DNA of 58,027 nt, counting the filler, from Sluysia triapertura (taxonomy: Eukaryota): assembly GCA_046118255.1 (NCBI GenBank). It is 5 parts of 5 records of this genome, joined end to end, with 100 filler letters (N's around TTAATTAATTAA, not from the genome) between each part and the next. Parts side by side here need not be neighbours in the genome. Positions count along the whole stretch, not along the records: positions 35,096 to 46,780 come from JBJNIA010180029.1; positions 46,881 to 58,027 come from JBJNIA010188266.1; 3 more parts are not named here. One strand, written 5' to 3'. The notes below the pieces were generated by a model that ran no database searches, had not been told where the DNA came from, and saw only the letters and a program-made list of their open reading frames with translations. Of the stretch, positions 39,001 to 52,461 are shown in pieces. The stretch's first letter is position 1. Every line of letters starts with the position of its first letter. The position numbers and the translations under genes are program-made.

Positions 39001-41750
39001 TCCCTACCTCACTTGACAACTTTTTTATTTCTGAACTTGGGACGTTGAAACAGTGGGACCTCTTATACCAACGTTCTTCCCTTTCTGTCTTCGATGAGGA
39101 TAGACTGCTTTTGTAGCGTATCATTACGCTGTTGATTTCAGCAATCAAACCCAACTCACTGGTATTGCTTGCACTCCACGCAGCAAGCAATTCCATTCCG
39201 AGGTGTGAACAAAGCCTCGTAAAAAATTTCTTACGATACATACAACTAATTTCCGCAAAAGACCTCCAGTTGGGTAAGGATATCGATAGCGTCAAACCTT
39301 ACCTTTTAAATTTATTCCATAATAAAATATTTGTACCACTTAATCCCCCATTAATTATCCAAGTATTGGGTATCCCCTTTGGCTGGTTGAGAGGTATTAT
39401 GAACCTAACCAACCACAATCTTTTACCTCTTAGAGGCATTCCTAAGGGCAAGGCAAACTTTAACATTACTATACCCAGTAATTTTAATAAAACTTTAAAA
39501 TTTTTAACTTTAATTACATATTAGAAAAAAATGAATTAACGAGATTATTAAAAACACTAGGCGTAAGGCCTTTTAAAACATTAAAACACTTTAGAAACTT
39601 TTAAAAAACAAATTATACAGTTGTAAAACAATTTTATTAAATGAATCAAAACTTATAAAATATAAATATACATAAAGATACGATAAGAAGAGTATATGTC
39701 AATGATAGCACATACGACCTAGCGCATAAAGTTTTTAGTAAAAATTTAGTAAATAAATAATTTATTGTTTTACATAATGTATTGGAATCCGTTTGATACT
39801 TAAAACTCGAGTTATTTAACTTTAATGAATGGATCATCTTTTTGCATATAATTTGTAAATAATCGTAAATAATTTATTCATTTTTTAATTATGTCTCTTA
39901 GGCAATAAATTAATATTACTTTTTTGTATTTTAACTTTATTTCCAGGTAGGATGAAAAATTAGTGGTAGCAGCATTAGCAACAGCAGCGATGGAAGCAAT
40001 AAAAGTAACATTAATGGTAGGTGTTATAGTAGTATTAGTAGTAGTAATAGTAGTATTAGTAAGAAATTACTAAATCTTTGATAAATAAATAAATAATAAT
40101 ATTAAATTAAAATTAAAATAAAATTAAATCTATAAATTACTGGTTATTTCTGGCTTATTTCTGGCACCCTTTTACATAGAAATTTTGAAAATTGTCACAT
40201 ACGCCTTATACGAGGATTTTGCAAAGAATAAAATATTTAATTCAATTAATTCAAGGAGAAGTGATTGCTGAAGAAGAGAATGAAATGGAAGGAGCTGATT
40301 TAGTTAATCTTCATCCTGTGATTTCTCAATGCTTTGATTCAGATATGGATAATGAAAATTTTGATATATTTAATGAGGAGAAACTTTAATAAATGAAAAT
40401 TGAGAAGTTCTAATTTTATTGTTAGCTGGGGTGCGCCTTATACACTGATCCACCTTATACGTGGATTTTGCAAAGAAAAAGTGATTTTTGAAGGGGTCGC
40501 CTTATAGGTCGAAAAATACGGTATTTGTCTTAAACCATACAGTAAGAATATATATTAACTTGATTTGATTATATTGATTGATGTAACTTCCTAAATTGCA
40601 CAATATCTACTAGCTAGGTTTGGTTTAAATTTCTCTTATAAATTGCTGAGCTCATTTCCAAAGACTCAAAGACCGTTTACTATGTGCCAATTTATTTGCT
40701 GCATAACTATACATCAAAAAGTACATTGTATGTGCATAAGGTCTTTCGAAGTGGTCTAATTCTGAGTTGACACTCTTATGAAGTATTTCTCGTTTCTCCT
40801 TTAACACAACCAATTTACTTTCCAATGTTAAAATATTATTTTTCAATTTTTGAATTTAACCATAACTTTCAGATTCCGTAGGATGTTTTGAAACTTCACC
40901 TTTATAGATTGAAACATACGTTGATGTCGTGGTTGTCCAGAGGATGTAGTTATTTCCCAATATTTTACAATAATGTTTTTATACTTTTCATTAATAGTTT
41001 CAGAGTAACTTTGAACAATGTTGAATTTTATCACAAAAATGTTCTTTCGTGTAGTAATTTGGTCATGATTAGAATTCAGTACAAGACGAGATAAACTTAA
41101 ACGAATTATACTGTTCATATTATTGTAATAATAGTAATGTTCTCTAATCTATTTTTAATGTAACAATAATTATATTTCATATTTAGATCGAATTCTTGTT
41201 TGAGTTATACAATTTTTTTAGCAGATATTTGAAAAATATTGATATAAGATCTAATTTGAAGAATGCGGAGTTGATACAGATTAAAATCGTATTAAAATCA
41301 TAGTGGATAAATAATCTCGACAAAATAATAAAAAATAAAAGGAAAAGTGAAAAAGAATAAACACACATACAAAAGTGCAAACATATAAACATAATTACAT
41401 ATAGATATACGTACAAACAAAAGGGAAGTGAAAATAATATAGTTGTAATAATAATAAAATTATAATGATAACAATAGTAAAAATGAAGTTTAAATTGAAT
41501 TTTTACATAATTTAACATGATGATGTTGATGGAGTTGCGATGATAAGAAATTACCATGAAAGTTATTATTGTTATGGAGGTTATGATAACAATAAATATA
41601 GTAAATGATAATTATGTACAATGACTATGTTTATTTTTGAATGAGTAGAGTAGTTTATTTAGTGTTTTGTTTATGTAAGAAATGTTCATATGCGATGAAG
41701 TGTGTTTGCAATTTTATGTGAAAATGTGGGGTTCCCTACATTGTGTACAA
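39000..41750 (-). repeat. Inverted diverged copy of the 18440-20520 element region, interrupted by a pogo fragment
   Basis: Same collinear nucleotide matches as listed for 18440-20520, plus similarity between the encoded peptides. Confidence 0.68.
40170..40523 (+). mobile_element. pogo/Tc2-like DNA transposon right end
   Basis: Terminus GTCGCCTTATAGGTCGAAAAATACGG|TA, subterminal CCTTATAC..GGATTTTGCAAAGAA repeats, and acidic tail FDSDMDNENFDIF like pogo transposase C-termini. Confidence 0.78.
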
Positions 41751-44332
41751 GATTTGTTACTGTTATCATCAATTTTTTGAACACTGCGTAAATGTCATGA
41801 TATTAAATTTTTATGTTGGAATCCGCCAACTGTGGCATAGAAGATGGATGGAAACGCAGGAAATTACAAAAGCATAAAGAATTAATGAAAACGATGAATA
41901 GAAACAAGAAAGTATTGTTAGAGTAAGAATGATAAAAACGGAAATAATTATAGTTGTGTTGAAAGATGAAGAATACCTTTGACTTTCAAAGATCTATATA
42001 AGGTGTTGAGGCCTTGGAGAACCTGTGAAGGCATTAGAAAAACTTTGAACCTTGAGATCATATAATACTTTATTAACCTTTAAATATTATTGAAAACTTG
42101 ATAAGAATCTAAGATCATCGGGTAATATTATAAAATATATAAAATCTTTAAAATATATAAAATATATAAAATAAATAAAATCATTGTCCAAAATAATAAA
42201 GATAAGTTTAACAAGGTAATAATTAACCTGAAGGAAAAACAGGAATAAGAGAGGTGAATTTGAAAACCTCTAGATCCTCCTGAATGTCTTATAAATTACT
42301 AAATCGCTTTAAAACCTCAATGAAACCTTTAAACATAGAATAAGATTCAGTATAAAAACAGATTAATTAAATAAAATCTTAATTAACTTAATTAAGAAAA
42401 AGTATTTTTTCTGAAAAACTTTTGAAAGCGGAATGTTATGTTGTATTTGTTTTGAAAAGACCTTTCGATGAAGTTATGGTTTGAACGAGCTCATCAAGGA
42501 AAGCTTTTATATTGAGAAAAGTCAAATTTTAAATAATTTTTAATTATGGAATATTGAATTTTTAATACTTGGAGTGATGCAAATGTGAAGAACGAAATAT
42601 AACATGATTACTAAGAAAGAGGATAATCTATAAGTGAGTTCGAAATGTCTTGTAAAATTGATCGCTTGAAAATAAGAACCTTAAAACATTTTTATTAGGA
42701 AACTGGGTGAAAAAATCGAAAATCAATTAAATTCTAAAAAGTGAAATTAAATTATTATTTTTATATATGGTAACAATATTGTTGATTGTTATTTTAATGT
42801 GAGAAGTAATTTAAGTAAAAATAGATTGAGTAGAGTAAAAGGAAATGATGGTTGATAATAAATCAGATTTCTATATTTTGTTCCTAATGAAGTTTGACAG
42901 ACTGTACCATGTAGTTGTCAAAGTTGTTATTATCACTTTGATTCTTAAAGAAGTTTGGATGATTTGTGTAAGAGAGTGTTTAGTTATGTGACTTCGAATT
43001 GATTGGATGATGATTTTTACAACACAATCGTACAATTAAGAAGATCCATGCTCGTGGTAGGGAAATTTTATTATTTTAATATCGTTAATATTGTTATAAT
43101 ATTCTGATTATTATTATCATTATTATTTCATCTGTTTTTAAGGGATTTTAATACATTTTGTGGGAGACTCCCTATGCAATATTTTTTTGGGATTTTAAAA
43201 TTAGTTTTGTAAGAGACACCCTACACAATTTACTTTTCAAATATTAATTTTTTTATATATTACTGTCAAATTTTAGGAAGAATATCTACCGAAGTTTTTG
43301 TTATAATATTTAATAGTAATTACGTTTGGGCAATATCATTTTCTTCACTTTCTACATATTGATATTTTTAGTGTTACTCCTGGTTTATTCAGTTATGTTG
43401 TAGTGTCCTTAATATTATTATAAACATTATTATTAATCTTGACCTTTTTAGCCAGTTTAAATATTGTTTAGTAGAGATTTATAACAATAATAAATTATAT
43501 TTTGATTTTTGTTTAATAGTAAATTATTATGTTATTTTTGATTTGATTTCAAGAGTTTAATAATTATTGATATTAAGTAAGAGAATTACTGGAAAATTAT
43601 ACTTGATATACTGACTACTTAAATTATTAAGATTTTTTAAGCTAATTAAAATAATATTGAGTTATCATAACTAATAATTTTTAAAGACGCAACAATACAA
43701 ATTTATAAAAACTGCAAATTTTACTGAAACAGATATTTAAACTCAACACTGCCTACATAAACCATTTTTTATAAACAATCATACTGTTTATGGGACGATT
43801 TTTTATTCATAAAAATTATGAATTAAATTTTATAAATGTTAGATATGTACAACATTTATAACATTAATTTAAATGTTATATTTACCTAACATTCGTAAAA
43901 TAAATGTTAACTTTAATTATATAGCTTAGTTTTTATTAAAATATTAATTTTATATGAAAAATTATCATCAAGAAAATTTAAAATAATTGCCAAAAGCATA
44001 TGCATATTTTAAGTATCTAAACAAGTATAAATTCACGATAATAATAGTATTTACACTAAGTAAATGTTTCATTTATTAGGCTTAACGCGTTTCTCTCTAA
44101 ATACAAAAGTTGCATTATTTATATCTAATAATTCAATCTTACATATTGACTTATAACGATGGTACAGAGTGAAAGGTTAAATTATTGGTGAAGATAAGCT
44201 GTTAGTGGATAACACAGAATACATTACTCAAAGTATCAGTATTATGATTATTCAGAAATTACAAGCTGTCACGAATTAATTTAAGTTATATAAAATGATT
44301 TTAAGAAATCCAACAGTGCCAACTCATCACAT

Positions 44333-44488
44333 TGTTAGACTTCGTAAAGTGGACTGACCGGGGATCGAACCCGGGACCATCGCTACGCAGTTCGATTGCA
44401 CTAACACTGAGTTATCAGTCCCGTCTAACAATTTTAGATTATTATCGTCAATATACCATCATGGCACTTTAGACCTTTTAACCCAACA
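44333..44488 (-). mobile_element. Second copy of the LTR 5' segment plus tRNA-like module (solo or partial LTR)
   Basis: Reverse complement TGTTGGGTTAAAAGGTCTAAAGTGCCA...TGTTAGAC-[tRNA]-GTCTAACA aligns with 9891-10048. Confidence 0.7.
44350..44421 (-). ncRNA. tRNA-like (pseudo-tRNA) Pol III module, copy 2
   Basis: Perfect acceptor stem GGACTGA/TCAGTCC and perfect T arm CCGGG-TTCGATC-CCCGG; homologous to 9961-10031 including flanks. Confidence 0.75.
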
Positions 44489-45125
44489 AATTATCACTTT
44501 ATTTAATTTCATAATTGATCGTACAAGTTAAATTACTATTTCTAAAATAATATAACACATATCGATAAATAGTATCAATATTTAAATGCATTCAAAAAGA
44601 GTTCGAATTCAGGTCAAAACAGAAATCATAAGATGATAAAAACAATTTTTTGAAGCTAAAAAAATTTTAATTAATTTTTTTCATTCGAAAAACTGAAAAC
44701 CCAAATAACATCGCAATTTTCTTTAATTTTTATTGATACTATTTAGCGAGATACTTTGTCTTATTTTTCATTACTTAATTTGATAAAATCTATCAAGAAA
44801 TTTTAATTTTTATTTAAACTAATTGACAGAATTTGATAAACCTATTCGATATCATATGATTAAATTATTGTTATAATAATATTTATTTCATTTAAGTATT
44901 TTTCTATTTTTCCTATTAAAAGTGTAATTATTTTTATTTACAATTTTCTCATTATTCATAAAAATTTTACAATTTACATTATCATTATAATAAATTTTTC
45001 ATATGAATATTTTCTGCTAATTTTTTCTTTATATTTATTGAGAAAGATACTATATTACCTATCGTTAAAGTATAATTATTTATAATGTTTTAATAATATT
45101 TCTCTTAGAATATTCGGCGCCAAAC

Positions 45126-46583
45126 ATGACTTTTTGCGATAAATCAAGTATACAAAAAAGCCTTTCTGATTTTTATAATAACGGTAAATTTGGTAAAATA
45201 CTTGAATCAGAATTGAATGAAAGTTTGCTAAATAATCGTATTGTGTCTGATGAAAATTTTGGAACAATTAAATTTGTTGGTAATTTACCAAAAAGTAATG
45301 GAATTTGGCTTGGAATAGATTGGGATGATCCTTCAAGAGGTCGACATGATGGCTCGTATAATGAAGTTAAATATTTTCTAACATGTGGACCTAAATCTGG
45401 ATCTTTTGTTAGGTTAGTTTCATTCGTTAGAATTGATTTTGCTTATGATGTGTTTGGATTATTTATGTAATTCGTAATTATATGTTAATAGGCCAAATAA
45501 AGTTTCACGAGGTTTATTATTAGAAGAAGCAATTGACATGCGATACGGAGAAGTTAATGAAGAATTCGCGAATGTTATGCTAGAAGAATTTTATTTAGAA
45601 AGTAGTGGTAGTGAAGATGAATGTGGTAGAACTGTAAAAAATCGGAAGCTTTATAATCAAGGACATCAGAAAGTTAAGGTATATAATACAATTTTATAAT
45701 AAAATTATATTCCAGTAACATTTAATCTCTTTAAATCCATAAGTATAATTTGTAACATGTTATTAGTTTTTAATGTCCACTATTCAATACTTGAGATTTA
45801 GTTAAATAAATTTTTTATTGTAATGTTAGTTTTGTAGCAATATGAAGGAACTTAAGTTGAAAATGTTTATTATTGAAACTTATTTATTTATGTTATTTTC
45901 AATTAGGTTCATATCACTGGTCCAGCAACTTCTGCATTCAGTGTCAATATGGGTATGCTGGATAAACTGAAATCTTTGGTACTACATTCATTACCAGTAT
46001 TCAGATGCATGACTGCTGAAGAAGGCGGGTGTAAATTGATTGAAATAGTTCCGTCAGTACAAGAATTAGATTTAGCACAAACCCTTATTAATGATTGGCT
46101 TAATGTTGCTAAGGTTTTTTAATTATTGTAAAATTATTACTAGAAGTGTAAGTCGGGGACTTTTTGAAAAACTAAATTCGATTCCCATTTTAATGCTTTT
46201 ATAGTACAAATATTTTTATATTAATGTTTACATTTAATACTAAGTTCTATATTAGTCTCAAAAAATGTTCTTCCGAAGGTTTTCTAATATTGTGTTTTAT
46301 ATATATAAAATATTTTAATATATTCTATTAATTTATATTTTAGATTTGCGTTCAATTACCATCTTTGACTAATTTGACTATTAGTGATAATAAATTTATT
46401 AGTCTTTTTCCAAAGCTTGTGAATGATCCCGATGATACAGATATTCGCATTGAATTGTATAAAAAAGGATTCCTAAATATTAAAAACTTAGTAATGGTTC
46501 GTTTCTATTACAGCTGGACAGAATTGCGAAATCTTTATAATTATTTTCCTAATTTACAACACTTATGTTTGGCTTATAATAAA
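45126..46583 (+). CDS. TBCE: Tubulin-specific chaperone E, 5' part; exons 45126-45412, 45492-45678, 45907-46113, 46344-46583 (rest not found after the 46781 gap)
   Basis: CAP-Gly motif GTIKFVG..GIWLGIDWDDPSRGRHDG..YF..SGSFVRP, followed by LRRs (VQELDLAQTLINDW, LPSLTNLTISDN, FPNLQHLCLAYN). All introns are GT-AG, phases are compatible, and there are no internal stops. Confidence 0.92.
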
Positions 46584-47314
46584 GTTAGTTTTCCCTTTTA
46601 CTGTTTTTAAACATTATTTTAAACCATTAATCTTTATACCATTGAGCTTGTAGTGTCCAACTCATTCACCATCCTCTAACAAACGCAATCACAAATGTTA
46701 GTATTTTCCTTATTCCTAACAAATTATCTGTAGGGTCAGTTCGCTTAGTATATACGTTTTATACCAAACTTGGAGACGTANNNNNNNNNNNNNNNNNNNN
46801 NNNNNNNNNNNNNNNNNNNNNNNNTTAATTAATTAANNNNNNNNNNNNNNNNNNNNNNNNNNNNNNNNNNNNNNNNNNNNGTTTAATTTTATATAGTGAT
46901 ATAAATTTCGATTTGGGGAAGATTTTTAAGTAAGTTGAATCGTGTTTAATTAAAGTGAAGTTACTTTGTTTAAAATTAAAATTTAATTTATTAGTAGAAT
47001 TTAATTCAAAATTTAACAAAATAACACAAGATTTTTGCGGGTGAACTACCAAGAAAGTAAAATTCATAACAGTTATAAACAAAGACAGTTACAATAATTT
47101 TTTATCAATACTGAAAATAAATTACATGTGCTAATAATGGAACTGTAACAGTATTACAAACCAATTACACAAAGAAAAGAAAGTCTACAGATGAAGCAAA
47201 AGATAAATTTCCACATTGAAAAAGCTAAAGAATCTATTTTAATTTGAAGTTGAGGTTGTATTTACAATTAAATTTAAAATTTCAATTAAAAGTTAATGTG
47301 TCCGGTTGTTGTAG

Positions 47315-49290
47315 TGTTTCAACCACGCACTATAATCTCATTGTCGTTCTTATACATAAATGCATGCAAGTCATAATTAAGTCATACATAATTTACATAT
47401 AAAACATTTTCCTCATATCACTACTTCAAAAAACCTACAATAAAATATATTTAAGTTATTAACCGCTAAAATTACCAGCAAATAAACATCACATTATTAA
47501 TTCATTGTACGCAACACAATTCATGAATTATAAAGCTTCAAACCACAAAATCTTATAATAAAATCAAATTAACTAGATCAAATTATAATAACCCAATATG
47601 TTAAAATTATGCTATTTATCGCCATTACAGCTATCGTTTTTTTATTTTTTGCTAATGTACTAACCTCAAAGCATAACATTTTTATAACAATTTTAAGTAT
47701 TAAACAATCAGGACTCCAAATTCTACGTAATAAATGAATGCTTTTGTCAAAAATGAATGTTTTTATTAAAAATTGGGTTTTAATTAAAAGTTTGCATTAA
47801 TAGAACTTATATATTAATTAAAAATTATGCATTAATTAAAAAATTACAATTAATAAATCATGCATTCTTTTTGTTTGAATGCGTGATTACTTCCTTATTG
47901 AAATTATAATTTTTTTATAATTTTTCTTTTATTTTTATTATAATTTATTTTTAATTTTACTAAATTTTTAGTATTCAAAAATTATTCAATTTAATTTTGT
48001 TATATATTTTATTATGGAAAAGTGAAAAAATTGTAATTAATAATTAATCAAGCAGGACTAATTCTCCAAGTTTGAAGATCTTATGTAACACTTTATCTTA
48101 AAGAATTACATTGATTGCTAATAAAAGCAATAATAGAATTTTAAATCATTACGGAAGTCCTAGATATTTTTTAGAAAATTGGAAACCAAGATGAAAGTTT
48201 CATTGAGGCATGATAATCTATACAGAATCCACAGTGATAAGAAGCTAGGTGAGTTTTATGAGTTTTCTTATGCAAGTTTTAAACAGATTTAGAATAGATT
48301 ATGATGTTGTTAGAGATGAAACATTTCTTAGAATGGAATCTGTGAAGGATTCTAGAAGAATTCAAAATCTTATTAGAGATATCACTAATTTTAAAAATTG
48401 TTCTCAACCAGATAAAAAATGTTTTGAAAAATTGTTGATTATATTTATTGTATGTTAAATAACGTAGTTAAATGCTACAAATTGCTTAATTTGTAGGATA
48501 AATTAAAACATAATGAACGCTCTCAAAGTTTATTACTTACTTAATTTCCGTGTTTCTTTTTTCAAAATTTTTAGACAGAGTTCTCGAGCAAATTTTGTAA
48601 AGTCCGTTGCACATTTGACAACAATTATGAAACGTGTAACCACACGTGCAACACTAAGAACATTGTGTAACATTAAATTAATTAACCATAATAAGATTTC
48701 TATGTCGATAGCAGTACTGCCTTTAAAAAAAGACTAGTTAAAGTTTTAAATTTGATTTCACATGAATTAAAGACTAAAAGACTGGATTATTGTGATGTTT
48801 TGCAGAAAAAGATTAGTATTTTAATGAAACAAGCTTTTGGACGGTTCATGGTGTCAGTTAGAGAATACGATACCGTTATGTTTTATTTAGAGTCACTTAA
48901 ATTATTGAGCTTTACTATAGATGTGTTTGATAGTATCGAAGAATTGGTAACTAGGTTGTTAATGAGGCAAGAAAATCGCTCGGAAAATATAGCAAAACCT
49001 ATATTTGTGTTGCCGAAACGTCGTTTATTGCCGAAGATTGATTTTCTATGTTGGACATTGTATCTTACATAATCAAACGAACAATAATGTTTGTTATTTT
49101 ATCTATTATTGTCGTTTTTGCCAATTCATATAATTTTTTGTGTTTTTGTGTTTTCTTGTTCCATTTATATGATTAAGGAACTTAAGCCCACTTTTAGAAA
49201 GATAAATGTTTTAATAGTCTATAAATTTCATAATGGTTATCATAAATTAATTTTTTAATCAAATTAACAAAATACTAAGTGTAAAAACAT
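47315..49290 (+). repeat. Dispersed repeat copy 1 with decayed ORF (C.V.CTFDNN.ETCNH...ELKTKR...LMKQAFGRF)
   Basis: Aligns with 55316-56555; about 800 bp in the middle is absent from copy 2. Confidence 0.85.
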
Positions 49291-49899
49291 TAAAGTTGAC
49301 ACGTATGGTACTTCAGAAGTTAGTTTAATATTAATTTAAGGTACTTAATTAATATAATCAACTAAACTTCACGCTTATTATTATACAATTTTAAATCATA
49401 ATGACACTTCAGGTCCTTAGATGAAATAAATACAAACTTAAGGTCTTTACTGAAATTAACTTTAAAATTGTGCGACTTAATTTTGTATATGCGAAAATTA
49501 AATAAAACTTATGGATAAAGAAATCATAGCACAACAAATATAAGCAACATTTATTCACAAAAAAAATTAACAATTGGACAAAACATAAAAATAATTTTAA
49601 AATTTTCTTTAAAGGCTTTATTATTTTAACAAAAACGTGAAGACAATTACCCGTAATCATTTTAAACCTCAAAGTTTTTGAATTTTCAAATATATAGTAC
49701 AATCTTTAATGTGATTAAAAGCTAACCATCTTTAGGTATTTGAGTTATTTGATGACCGACGTGAAATTCAGCATCGTATATCTGTAAATAGATTTGATAT
49801 CTATTGAAATCGAGCAAGGAATACAACAGTTGATTTCCTAAGTCAATGGCTTGATTTCTAAAAGCTTCATTCGCAAAAACCATGTAATATCAATTTGCT

Positions 49900-50530
49900 G
49901 ATAAGTATTCAGTAAAATATCCTCGTTGTGATAATATATAACAAATCAGTCCAAAAAATTAGTCTTAAATGCTGCACTAATAAATTTAATAACGCTTCTA
50001 ATAAAAAATTTAAATTTATTAACACTTTCCTAAATCTACTCATTTCGTCTGTGTTTATGATCCTTATATAATTAAATTTTTTATCCTAACAGACGATGCA
50101 TAAATAGTTTTCTCTCGATTGATGAATAATTCATTTTTGCTTTCTTTTATCTTTGACTTGCCATGATACAACTCCTCCGATTTTTTTTCGTCCTAATATT
50201 GCAAAATTACTAGCATACTGTGTTAATATAAGTGGTTTTTATAATCTGGAATATATTGCTTCAGTCAATTTAAATTCTATATTCTTTTGTTATAGTACGC
50301 TTAGTAGTCGAGCAATTCGATTTTATTCTTTATTAATTCGCATGTTTTTAATTATCCTATTATCTCTATTTTATTCACTGTAAATCCTATTAAATATGAG
50401 TGATTCATAGTAGTTACCATCACATAAAGGCTACTATTCTTGCGTCTACTAATTCTGATATTATTCTTCCGTTTATCATTGGTTTTCTAACACTATTATA
50501 ATTATGATTTGCACATATCTTAATTGTTTC
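49900..50530 (-). mobile_element. Heavily deleted relic of the same Gypsy family (protease, RT end, RNase H)
   Basis: The reverse complement aligns by eye with 37120-37230 (gatatgtgcaaa...accaatg...tagac) and with 38600-38980 (ccagat...tgctagtaatt...aaaatgaattaYtc). Confidence 0.7.
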
Positions 50531-52250
50531 TCTTGTTATTTTGATTTGTTATTGCTTGTAATGTAATTTCTTCGTTTGTTTTCATTTGTGTTCGAACCCA
50601 TTCAATTCATTCATTTTGGTTTCAAGTACAAATAAAACACCAGCATATTTTATGTATTGTCTATGTTTATAATATTAGTTCCATTTTATTTATTATATAA
50701 AAATTTTTTTAATTCTTTGATTATTGCTAATTGCTGCGTTGAATAATGATTGTTTAATATAAAAAATGTACATATCTAAATTTTGATAATGATAGCAATC
50801 TACCAAATAGTCGTAAATAAGTTGATGTATAAATATAAATATATAATAAAACAAAGGCTCTAAGATTTTAGGGGCACTCGGTTAATTTAACCACTTCGCG
50901 CATCTCGCCAATCCGAGCACTGCGCGTCTGTTTCGACTTGTTTGCCTTTCATAAGATAAAGAAACGAAAAACTTTTCGAAACAAACAATTTTTAAAATAT
51001 CTAAAAAAAACCTTATGGTTCTTGTACCAGTAATTCATGCATTAGGTATTTAACTTAATTTAATTTGGCAAAATCTATAGATGTACTTACTGTAAGGTTG
51101 TATAAAATTTAATTATGTTTAATTATATTTTACTATTTATATTTTATATTTTGTCTTGTGTAAAGAAATTATGAATATTGTAAAAATTAAAAATATTATT
51201 AAAAATTATAAAAATTATTATTACTTAAAAATTATAATAAAAATTGCGTTAAAAATTATAATTAACATTAAATTACTTTTTAGAAAATAACATTCTAGAA
51301 TTTAATCGTTTTAATAAACTGTTGACATTAGAACTTTGTTTATGAATTTAAACTTGGATGATATAATTTTTATGGAATATTTTATATGAATTATTATTGA
51401 ATTATATATATTATATTTATTTTAATGAGAATTATAAAATTACTTTATGGAATCTTTAAAAGTATGATTTTTATTATAAATTCTTAGTATAATTTTAAAT
51501 TTTATTACATTAAATTAACGTGATTAATAGAAAATTGAATTAAATTATTGTTAAATTAAAATCTTAAAAAATTAAATTTGTTTAAAATACAACCAAGGTC
51601 AATAAAATTTACTATTTAAATAACACAATTTTGTTCACAAACTCTCAGTAAATGTACACACATTATTACACATATTTTGACAAATGCAAATTTATTATCA
51701 GTTCCCTCTCTTTAATAGTTGTTACAAGTCTCTTGGAGACAATTCAATTCAGTTTGACAAATTTATTAGATATTTTATTTTGATTTAAAGGATCACGTTA
51801 GTTTAATTATTTTAAGATTTGATATCTCTATATCTATCTACGAAAAATCTTTTAATAGATCCAACGAAAAATATTTCAATAAAATCTTTTATATTATTCA
51901 TTAAATCAAAGAGTTAATTATTGTAAATTATTATTATTATTTGCCACTTGTACACTTCTAAGTAAACGTTTCTAAATAAATCATTCATAATTAATTTTTG
52001 TTTACAATTTACATAGTTTTAATTATAAAATTTATCGCTTAGAAAAGTTTTCCCAAAGTTAGAATTTAAATCTAACAACGCAAAATAAATTTCAAGGAAT
52101 CCACGAAAAATCACCCAATTAACATTATTATTACTTTTGATAAAATAATTCAATTAATAATTCTGACTTACCTCCAAACAGTTAAATGTATAATCAAGCA
52201 TTGAGGTCCTCGAGCATTTTCTTGAGCATCACTTGAAACTTTTTGATTTA

Positions 52251-52345
52251 CAAAATCCAACGGGTGGCTCTAACCGGTAAGCCCAGTACGTTGGTTAACT
52301 CACGTTAAACTCTTGCTTTATTCTATCTTTATTTTTGCTTCACAT
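52251..52345 (+). repeat. Motif A, copy 3 (acceptor degenerate)
   Basis: CCAACG..CCGGTAAGCCCAG..CGTTGG..ACTCAC. Confidence 0.75.
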
Positions 52346-52350
52346 TCTCG

Positions 52351-52420
<70 letters not shown>

Positions 52421-52461
52421 AAATTGTTAAATTTATTTTAACAATGTTTATTTCGTTTTAG

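Noticed and set aside
38925-39524. RNase H fused in frame to a novel domain replacing integrase
   Set aside because: Sequence after ~39000 is an inverted copy of the 18440-20520 region, so the in-frame junction is probably a chance rearrangement.
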